DNA of 64,000 nucleotides from an uncultured Ruminococcus sp. Its GTDB lineage: Bacteria; Bacillota; Clostridia; Oscillospirales; CAG-272. The translations under genes were made by a program, and so were the position numbers. Positions within the stretch are counted from its first letter, which is position 1, and each line of letters opens with the position of its first letter. Below, piece by piece: positions 57,069 to 64,000 of the stretch. Below the pieces are notes generated by a model that worked only from the letters and a program-made list of their open reading frames with translations, was not told where the DNA came from and made no database searches. The DNA lies in contig CAZVQC010000004.1 in the NCBI GenBank assembly GCA_964629225.1, positions 32,766-96,765 of the forward strand, in the 5' to 3' direction.

Positions 57069-59852
57069 TTATCTTTTGACTTCTTCCATTATGAATGCTT
57101 CGAGAACATCTCCGACCTTGATGTCGTTGTATTTCTCAAGTCCGATACCGCATTCATAGCCCTGGGATACTTCCTTGACGTCATCCTTGAATCGGCGCAG
57201 GGACGAGATCTCATCCTCAAATACCACGATACCGTCACGGACTATCCTGATCTGAGCGTTTCTCGTTACCTTACCGTCCTGGACATAGGAGCCTGCGATA
57301 GTTCCCACGTTCGGAACGTGGATAGTCTGGCGGACCTCCGCATGACCGAGAAGCACTTCCTTGTAGGTGGGAGCGAGCATTCCCTTCATAGCGGCGGTTA
57401 TCTCCTCGATGCACTCGTAGATGATCCTGTAGGTGCGGATGTCCACATTCTGTCTTTCGGCGGAATCGATGGCGCCCTTGTCGGGACGGACATTGAATCC
57501 GACTATGATGGCATTGGATGCGTAGGCGAACATGACGTCACCCTCGGTGATACCGCCTGCCGCAGAGTGGATGACCTTAACCTTGACCTCATCGTTGGAG
57601 ATCTTCTCAAGGGAAGCCTTGACCGCTTCCGCAGAGCCCATAACGTCTGCCTTGACGATGATATTGAGTTCTTTCACGCCGTCCTTGATCTGTGCGAAGA
57701 GATCGTCCAAATTGACCTTGGCATTGGCCTTGAACTGATCTTCCTTTGCTGCCGCACGGCGCTGTTCGGCAAGTTCTCTTGCCATCTTTTCGTCTTCTAC
57801 CGCATTGAATTCATCGCCGGATTGAGGCACTTCGGCAAGACCGATTATCTCAACGGGGGATGAGGGACCTGCGACCTTGATGCGCTTGCCCTTGTCGTTG
57901 GTCATTGCGCGGACACGTCCCACAGCGGTACCTGCGATAACTATGTCGCCCGCATGGAGAGTACCGTTCTGCACCAGCACGGTAGCCACAGGACCGCGAC
58001 CCTTGTCGAGCTTTGCCTCGATGACAACGCCCTTTGCTCTCTTATCGGGATTTGCCTTGTATTCTTTGACCTCTGCAACGAGGAGGATGCTTTCGAGAAG
58101 ATCGTCGATACCCTGTCCGGTAACTGCGGAGACGGGAACACAGATAACGTCGCCGCCCCATTCCTCGGGAACGAGGGAATAGTTGGTGAGCTCTGCCTTG
58201 ACAGCCTCGGGATTTGCAGTCGGCTTATCCATCTTGTTGATAGCCACGATGATCTCTACTCCGGCAGCCTTTGCGTGGTTGATAGCCTCGATAGTCTGGG
58301 GCATGATACCGTCGTCTGCGGCTACGACGAGGATAGCGATATCCGTCGCCATAGCACCGCGGGCTCTCATGGCGGTGAATGCCGCATGTCCGGGAGTGTC
58401 AAGGAATGTGATGTCTTTTCCGTCCACGGATACCGTGTAAGCGCCGATGTGCTGGGTGATACCGCCGGCCTCTCCGCTGGTGACACTGGTGTGTCTGATG
58501 GCGTCGAGGATGGACGTCTTACCGTGGTCAACGTGACCCATGACACATACTACGGGTGCTCTCGGACGGAGGACCTCTTCGCTGTCTTCCGCTTCCTCAA
58601 AAAGTTTTTCTTCTATCGTGACAACGACTTCTCTTGTGACCTCCGCCTTGAACTCATCTGCGATCAGGTAGGCGGTGTCAAAGTCCAGTATCTGGTTGAC
58701 CGTTGCCATGGTGCCCATCACCATGAGCTTCTTGATGACTTCGGCGGCGGTGACTTTGAGTCTCGATGCCAGCTCACCGACGGAGATCTCATCGGGGATG
58801 GTGATCTTCAGGGGTTGTTTCTTTGCCTTTTCAAGCTGTTCCTTTTTGAGCTTCTCCATAGCCGCTTTTTCCTTGTCGCGATTCTTGGAGCTTCTCTGGT
58901 CTCTGGTGTTCTGCTTCTTGAGTTTCTGCTTGTTGGACTGCTTGTCGGAGAGAGCATCGGGAGCAAAACGATCCAGTTTGTCATCGTATTTGGAAAGATC
59001 CACCGTGGAGGAGCGGGTGTCCACCACTCTTGTGGTACCGGTTCTCTGCCTTCCGGCATTTTGAGCCTGCTTTGCCTTTTGTCCTGCGTTCTGAGGGGCA
59101 TTCTTGTAGCCGGTGCCGGATACGGAGGGAACGCTGAAGGAACTCTCCGCTTTTGCAAAGCGCTCTCTCTTTACCTTGTCTATGTCGTCCTTGGAGGGCA
59201 TCGCATTGGTGCGAGCGGCTGCGGGCTTTGCTTTGGGAGATAACTCCTTTGAAGCGGGAGGAGCCTTCTTTGCTTCCTCGGCTCTCTTTTTAGCCTCAGC
59301 TTCCTTTGCAAGCTTTGCATCGTATGCGGCTTTGTATTTTGCGGCTTCACGGCGAAGAGCTGCCATTCTGGGATCCTCGGGCTTTTCCTCTTCTTTTACC
59401 GTCTCCTTTGGAGACTCCGCCACGGGCTCTGCCTTCTTGGCTTCTGCCTTTTTTGCCGCCTCTGCTTTGCGCTTTGCCGCAGCTTCCGCCTCGGCTTTTT
59501 CTTTTTCTGCTTTTTCGGCAGCGGCCTTTGCTTCTTTTTCCGCCTTCAGCTTTGCTTCCTTTTCTGCGGCTTCCTTTTTCTTTTCTTCCTCAAGGCGCTT
59601 TTTCTCCGCAAGATCACTCTTTCTTCCCTCAAAGATCCTGCTCTTTTTGGCAAGATAATTGTCAAGATCCGTGATCTGAGCGGACATAGTCAGCTCATTG
59701 AAGAACAGATTGAACTCTTCCGGCGTGAGAGACGAGGAGGATTTCTTGTTGGGAATGCCCGCCTCTTCAAGGGCCGTGATGAGCCCCTTTGTGCCCTTCA
59801 TGCCGAGGTCCTTTGCCAATTGGTTGATCCGGAACATGGATTCCTGTGCCAT
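57069..59852 (-). CDS. infB: Translation initiation factor IF-2
   Basis: [31 protein letters not shown]. Ala/Glu/Lys-rich N-terminal region. Confidence 0.98.
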   Translation of the reverse strand: MAQESMFRINQLAKDLGMKGTKGLITALEEAGIPNKKSSSSLTPEEFNLFFNELTMSAQITDLDNYLAKKSRIFEGRKSDLAEKKRLEEEKKKEAAEKEAKLKAEKEAKAAAEKAEKEKAEAEAAAKRKAEAAKKAEAKKAEPVAESPKETVKEEEKPEDPRMAALRREAAKYKAAYDAKLAKEAEAKKRAEEAKKAPPASKELSPKAKPAAARTNAMPSKDDIDKVKRERFAKAESSFSVPSVSGTGYKNAPQNAGQKAKQAQNAGRQRTGTTRVVDTRSSTVDLSKYDDKLDRFAPDALSDKQSNKQKLKKQNTRDQRSSKNRDKEKAAMEKLKKEQLEKAKKQPLKITIPDEISVGELASRLKVTAAEVIKKLMVMGTMATVNQILDFDTAYLIADEFKAEVTREVVVTIEEKLFEEAEDSEEVLRPRAPVVCVMGHVDHGKTSILDAIRHTSVTSGEAGGITQHIGAYTVSVDGKDITFLDTPGHAAFTAMRARGAMATDIAILVVAADDGIMPQTIEAINHAKAAGVEIIVAINKMDKPTANPEAVKAELTNYSLVPEEWGGDVICVPVSAVTGQGIDDLLESILLVAEVKEYKANPDKRAKGVVIEAKLDKGRGPVATVLVQNGTLHAGDIVIAGTAVGRVRAMTNDKGKRIKVAGPSSPVEIIGLAEVPQSGDEFNAVEDEKMARELAEQRRAAAKEDQFKANAKVNLDDLFAQIKDGVKELNIIVKADVMGSAEAVKASLEKISNDEVKVKVIHSAAGGITEGDVMFAYASNAIIVGFNVRPDKGAIDSAERQNVDIRTYRIIYECIEEITAAMKGMLAPTYKEVLLGHAEVRQTIHVPNVGTIAGSYVQDGKVTRNAQIRIVRDGIVVFEDEISSLRRFKDDVKEVSQGYECGIGLEKYNDIKVGDVLEAFIMEEVKR

Positions 59853-59953
59853 TCTGTATTTTACCTTATTTCCACCCGGTGGAAATATCCTTTCTCTGAG
59901 AGTGAGATCGAGATGATCCGATGATCTGTTTGTTGATCGGTGCTATTCAGCAC

Positions 59954-60349
59954 TTAATTTGTTTGAGGTGGGATCGTCGTTAACGTCTCTTTCGAGCCTT
60001 CCGTCGATCCTTCTTTTGATCCTTTGTAAAGTGCGGCGATCGCCCGCGCAAGTGACGGCTCTGTCACTGCCGCTGCCGCCGTGGGAGCACTCTTTCCGAG
60101 AACCTCTGCCAATTCGTCTCTGGTGGCGCCGCAGTCGAAGAGAGAGACACCGTAAAAGGAGCATTTGTCACGAAGACGTTTCGCCGTTCTTTCGGAGGCA
60201 TCCCTCGCTATTACGACGGCGATGGCATCCGCTTTCGGATGCTTCCTTATTGCGATCTCCGCAAGCTCGCTTCCGATGGACACCTTCCCGCATCTCCTTG
60301 CAAAGCCGAGGTACGAAAGGGTCTTTCTTTTGGTCTCATCAGACACCAT
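59954..60349 (-). CDS. ylxQ: L7Ae-family RNA-binding protein YlxQ
   Basis: LGFARRCGK, IARDAS, ELAEVLGK. Position between ylxR and infB. Confidence 0.85.
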   Translation of the reverse strand: MVSDETKRKTLSYLGFARRCGKVSIGSELAEIAIRKHPKADAIAVVIARDASERTAKRLRDKCSFYGVSLFDCGATRDELAEVLGKSAPTAAAAVTEPSLARAIAALYKGSKEGSTEGSKETLTTIPPQTN

Positions 60350-60629
60350 CCGTCAGCGTCCTTTCCATTTCTTCTATTTGCTTTTCTATCCTGTTGAGTA
60401 TCTCCTCCGGGATCTCCACCTCAAGATTTTGAGAAAAACGCTTTTTCTTTCTCGCAATCTTGAAGCATTCGGACCTGGGGCAGAGATATGCGCCCCTTCC
60501 GTTGCGCCGTCCCGTTGCATCAAGCTCCACCGCGCCCTCAGGCGTGCGGACTACTCTTATAAGACTGCTCTTCGGAAATGATTCCCCGCAACCGAGGCAC
60601 CGTCTTTCCGGGATCTTTTTAGTTTTCAA
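60339..60629 (-). CDS. ylxR: YlxR/RnpM RNA-binding protein
   Basis: PERRCLGC, LIRVV, GRGAYLC. TTG start with GGAGG RBS. Confidence 0.92.
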   Translation of the reverse strand: MKTKKIPERRCLGCGESFPKSSLIRVVRTPEGAVELDATGRRNGRGAYLCPRSECFKIARKKKRFSQNLEVEIPEEILNRIEKQIEEMERTLTDGV

Positions 60630-60643
60630 ATCTGACCTCCGGG

Positions 60644-61669
60644 TCAACAACCCTTGATATCGATCTTATATCCTGTCAATTTTGCCGCAAGCCTTGCATT
60701 TTGTCCCACCTTACCGATGGCAAGGGAGAGTTGGTCATTTGCGACAAGGATCTTTGCGCTCTTTTCGTTTTCAAGCTCCACCGAGATGACCTCTGCGGGA
60801 GAAAGTGCCGCCGCAATGAAGGTGGCGGGATCTTCGGAGTACTCGATGATGTCGATCTTCTCGCCGTTCAATTCGTCAAGGATGTTTCCGATCCTCATTC
60901 CGTGATTACCGATACAAGCGCCGACTGCGTCAACGTCCTCGTCCTTCGACCATACGGCGATCTTCGTGCGGCTTCCCGCTTCTCTTGCCACGCTCTTTAT
61001 GAGAACGGTTCCGTCTTCGATCTCCGGTACTTCAAGTTCGAAAAGTCTCTTGACGAGTCCCGGATGAGTTCTTGACAGAGTGACGAGAGGTCCGTCCTGA
61101 CCTTCTCTTTTCACCTCGGTGATGAAGACCTTGATCTTGTCGCCCACCTCGTAGGTCTCTCCGGGGATCTGCTCGTTCTTGATAAGAACAGCCTCGCTTG
61201 TTCCCGTGTCGATCACGATGGCGCCGGTGTCGTCTGCGGACTTGGTAACGGTGGCGGTGACGACCTCCTCGCGCTTCTTCTCGTAGTCCTTGATCATGTT
61301 CTGCGTCTCGGCCTCTCTGATGCCTTGGATTATCACCTGCTTTGCGGCGAGGGCGCTGAGTCTGCCGAAGCTCTTCGTCTTTATCTCCGTCTCGACCACT
61401 CCGCCGAGGACGTGCTTTTTGGAAATTGCTTTCGCTTCTTCAAGGCTGATCTCCGTTTCGGGATCGGTCACCTCTTCCACGATGTTTTTCTGCTTGAATA
61501 CCTTGACGTCCTTCTTGACCGGGTCAAGAACGATGCGAACGTTTTCCGAATCGTGCTCCTTCTTGAAGGCACTCTTGAGTGCCGCCGCTACTTTTTCGAG
61601 CATATAGTCCTTGGGGATGCCCTTGGTCCTTTCAAGTTCGTCAAGAGCGTCAAAAAATTCCTTGTTCAT
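60644..61669 (-). CDS. nusA: Transcription termination/antitermination factor NusA
   Basis: FGRLSALAAKQ, LFELEVPEI, AREAGSRTKIAV, AIGKVGQNARLA. Confidence 0.97.
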   Translation of the reverse strand: MNKEFFDALDELERTKGIPKDYMLEKVAAALKSAFKKEHDSENVRIVLDPVKKDVKVFKQKNIVEEVTDPETEISLEEAKAISKKHVLGGVVETEIKTKSFGRLSALAAKQVIIQGIREAETQNMIKDYEKKREEVVTATVTKSADDTGAIVIDTGTSEAVLIKNEQIPGETYEVGDKIKVFITEVKREGQDGPLVTLSRTHPGLVKRLFELEVPEIEDGTVLIKSVAREAGSRTKIAVWSKDEDVDAVGACIGNHGMRIGNILDELNGEKIDIIEYSEDPATFIAAALSPAEVISVELENEKSAKILVANDQLSLAIGKVGQNARLAAKLTGYKIDIKGC

Positions 61670-61742
61670 TTGAAATGTAACCTTCCGTATTTTGTATTTT
61701 TGTGTTGTATCTCTTCTTACGTCACCGCACCGGAACAAGACC

Positions 61743-62228
61743 TCAGCCCAAAGAGCTCCAGTCAAATACCGTGTTTATCTTTGCGATGGCTTTCTTTTCG
61801 ATCTCGTATGCGTCATTTCCGGACACGATGACGATCCTGTCATCGTAATTGTCGTTGAGAATTCCTTTTACCGACTTCTGCCCGTTGTAGGCGGTGAACA
61901 GTTTTGCCTCCACCTCAACGCCGAGGCAGTAGTCAAAGTGTTCGTTTCTCGTCAGCGTTCTCTCTACGCCGGGGGAGGAGACCTCAAGCCGGTACGAACC
62001 TTCTATCGGGTCGGCGGAATCAAGGATCGGGTCGATGGCGCGGTGCATCTTTTCACAGTCGTCGATGCCGATGCCGTTTTCCGAGTCGATGGTGATACGG
62101 AGCACGTTTTCCGCACCCTCCTTAACGTATTCCACGTCCCAGAGAACATATCCGAATTCCTCCGCCAAGGGCTCTGCCAATTCTCTGACGGCCGAAGCGG
62201 TATTTTTCTTTCTTCCCTTTTGCTCCAT
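61743..62228 (-). CDS. rimP: Ribosome maturation factor RimP
   Basis: LRITID, IDDC, YRLEVSSPGVER. Confidence 0.95.
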   Translation of the reverse strand: MEQKGRKKNTASAVRELAEPLAEEFGYVLWDVEYVKEGAENVLRITIDSENGIGIDDCEKMHRAIDPILDSADPIEGSYRLEVSSPGVERTLTRNEHFDYCLGVEVEAKLFTAYNGQKSVKGILNDNYDDRIVIVSGNDAYEIEKKAIAKINTVFDWSSLG

Positions 62229-62270
62229 AGTCTCCTTTCCGCCGCATGATGCAGCCTTGTAATCTAATAA

Positions 62271-62294
62271 GAGAGAGGGCGTCGACCCTCTCTC
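62271..62294 (-). promoter_or_regulatory. rimP (nusA operon) leader hairpin
   Basis: GAGAGAGGG-6 nt-CCCTCTCTC in the 5' UTR, downstream of TTGAAA-17-TATAAT (62324-62352). Confidence 0.7.
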
Positions 62295-62413
62295 CTTCTA
62301 CTTACCATAATTCTTACTTTAACATTATATCACGCCGGATTGCGCTTTTCAAGGGGTTGGAAACATAAAACACTATTTTCGTCACCTTGCAAAAGCAACT
62401 GTACCGCGGAGAG

Positions 62414-62917
62414 TCACTCCTTTGTGAACATTGCTTCAATTTTTGTCACATATACTCGGTGAAAGTCCCCGCCGGGATAGTGTGAGAGCATTTTCTCATC
62501 GATGAAGCAGTCTTTTTTCAGCATGTCGGAATAGAGCTTCCGACAAACGAGAACGCATTTTGCTTCTTCTATTGCGGGGGTGTCCTCAAGGAATGTAACG
62601 TGAAAGCCCACGTTGGTTATCTTGTCCTCGTCTCTGCCGCTTTTCGTGCCGAGATAAGAAAGTTCGCTTTTGTACTCTCCGCCGAAGAAGGAAAGAGTCA
62701 TCATGTCCGCATCCTCGGTAAAACCGTAGGTGAACCTCTGCGGTCGGATAAAAACGAATGCCACCGGCTCGTTCCAAAGCTTTCCGATACCGCCCCAGGA
62801 AGCCGTCATGGTGTTGACAGCACCGTTTTTCTCCGCAGTGACCAGCATCCAATCTTTCCCGATCGCATCAAAGGTGTTGTACGGAAACTCGCTCAGCTCT
62901 TTTTTTACAAATCCCAT
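62414..62917 (-). CDS. Flavin reductase family protein
   Basis: NTMTASWGG, RPQRFT, GTKSGRDEDK, FHRVY. Confidence 0.9.
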   Translation of the reverse strand: MGFVKKELSEFPYNTFDAIGKDWMLVTAEKNGAVNTMTASWGGIGKLWNEPVAFVFIRPQRFTYGFTEDADMMTLSFFGGEYKSELSYLGTKSGRDEDKITNVGFHVTFLEDTPAIEEAKCVLVCRKLYSDMLKKDCFIDEKMLSHYPGGDFHRVYVTKIEAMFTKE

Positions 62918-63072
62918 CTCGTCCTCCGGGTAATTATTTCGGTATCATTATATTCTGTTTTTTATCCCCTGTCAACTCTCTTCAAAAAAAGCCGGTAACT
63001 TTTCTCACGCTATTGAATTCGTCTCTCGAATGTGATAAAATCAAACAAGAAAAGACAGGAAAGGACATCGGT

Positions 63073-63807
63073 ATGAAAAAAATTGAAAAAGCCCTTCGCA
63101 GATTACCCTTTGAGTGGAGGCTTGCGATAACGGTCATCCTGACTGCCGTTCTTTGCGTCTCCTTCTTCTTTTTCGGCAGAAGCTGCGGTATGAGGACGGC
63201 ATCGGGGGTAAGAGATGCGCTGTCGGCGGGGGAGGATAACGGCGAGATCGGCGTGATCCTCAAGGAGGAAGCAAGGTGGGACATTCCCGACTACGTGGAC
63301 TACGATCCTCTTGTTTTGAATGAGTACTCAAGGCCGGGAACGGAACTCAAGACGGTGAACGGAGTGGTGGTACATTACGTTGCAAATCCCGGTACCACCG
63401 CAGAGCAGAACAGATCCTACTTCAACAATCTTGCCAAGACTCACGAGACCTACGCAAGCAGTCACTTTCTGATCGGACTTGAGGGTGAGGTCGTTCAGTT
63501 GATGCCTCTGGACGAAGTAGCCTACTGCTCCAATAAGAGGAACGAGGATACGGTGTCGGTGGAGTGCTGTCATCCGGACGAGGACGGCAAGTTCAATGAC
63601 GAAACGTACGAAAGCCTCATAACGCTCCTTGCGGATCTTTGCAAGAACTACTCGCTGGATCCCACCACCGACATAATCAGGCACTATGACGTCTCCGGCA
63701 AGATGTGCCCCATCTATTACGTTGAGCACGAGGATGCATGGGAGATGCTCCTCGGTGACGTTTCGGAAAAACTCGGCGCAAGCGCATCCGACACTTCGGA
63801 AAAATAA
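63073..63807 (+). CDS. Membrane-anchored N-acetylmuramoyl-L-alanine amidase (Amidase_2)
   Basis: N-terminal TM, VVHYVANP, SSHF, SVECC, RHYDVSGKMCP. Confidence 0.9.
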   Translation: MKKIEKALRRLPFEWRLAITVILTAVLCVSFFFFGRSCGMRTASGVRDALSAGEDNGEIGVILKEEARWDIPDYVDYDPLVLNEYSRPGTELKTVNGVVVHYVANPGTTAEQNRSYFNNLAKTHETYASSHFLIGLEGEVVQLMPLDEVAYCSNKRNEDTVSVECCHPDEDGKFNDETYESLITLLADLCKNYSLDPTTDIIRHYDVSGKMCPIYYVEHEDAWEMLLGDVSEKLGASASDTSEK

Positions 63808-63816
63808 GCGGAAAAA

Positions 63817-63840
63817 GAACGCAGGCAACGGCCTGCGTTC
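63817..63840. terminator. Hairpin between convergent genes
   Basis: GAACGCAGGC-AACG-GCCTGCGTTC preceded by an A-run. Confidence 0.7.
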
Positions 63841-63873
63841 AATATTCGCTTGTTGAGTTCGGCTTTTTAAAAC

Positions 63874-64000
63874 TCAGCCCTTGTAGAGCGGAATGCCCTT
63901 CCAATCGCCGTCAATCCAAGTAGCGTAGGGACACACGGGCGTTGTGCCCACATACATACCGAAGTAGACGCCTGCTTGGTTCGCAAATCCGGTGCTTCCG
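63874..64000 (-). CDS. 3' end of an unidentified CDS, truncated by the window edge
   Basis: Open frame ...GFANQAGVYFGMYVGTTPVCPYATWIDGDWKGIPLYKG* ends just before the hairpin. Confidence 0.55.
   Translation of the reverse strand, partial: GSTGFANQAGVYFGMYVGTTPVCPYATWIDGDWKGIPLYKG

Noticed and set aside
57954-59243. 429-aa ORF antisense to infB, and similar long antisense ORFs at 29747-30820, 44113-45102, 46389-47315, 50813-51934, 51904-53109 and 55962-57026
   Set aside because: They overlap well-supported genes on the opposite strand and have no domain signatures.
59280-59620. Repetitive DNA in infB resembling a tandem array
   Set aside because: It encodes the ordinary Ala/Glu/Lys-rich IF-2 linker and is not a CRISPR array or VNTR.
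1-64000. CRISPR arrays, tRNA/rRNA, transposases, integrases, a DnaA-box cluster or parS
   Set aside because: None was seen by eye, although dnaB/rplI and mnmE are often origin-proximal.

Overview
This is a core-genome window from a spore-forming Bacillota, probably Clostridia, judged from spoIIE, the yybS-gdpP-rplI-dnaB block, nifJ-type PFOR and sigmaA-type promoters. It holds about 50 CDS, mostly housekeeping: ribF, gpmI, nifJ, mnmE, cysS, nrdD/nrdG/trxB, greA, spoIIE, marR plus a heterodimeric ABC exporter, phoP/phoR plus a Na/Pi transporter, murD plus three M42 peptidases, uvrB, a sirtuin, proBAC and rimP-nusA-ylxR-ylxQ-infB. Non-coding features include a tandem glycine riboswitch, tandem NrdR boxes, a Pho box, the rimP leader hairpin and a 570-bp cluster of RNA structures (probable Clostridiales-1 motif plus a REP-like repeat). 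I saw no CRISPR array, rRNA, tRNA, transposase or prophage. The most interesting items are: (1) a redoxin-type class III RNR with a fused C-terminal CPKC glutaredoxin domain and a His/Cys-rich linker, directly upstream of thioredoxin reductase; (2) an uncharacterised zinc-ribbon/DUF4234-DUF2752-TM2 membrane operon; (3) the structured RNA cluster at 5.2-5.8 kb; (4) a DacA-like protein with eroded catalytic motifs; (5) murD coupled to a triple M42 peptidase cluster. All family calls come from motif recognition by eye, with no database searches run.
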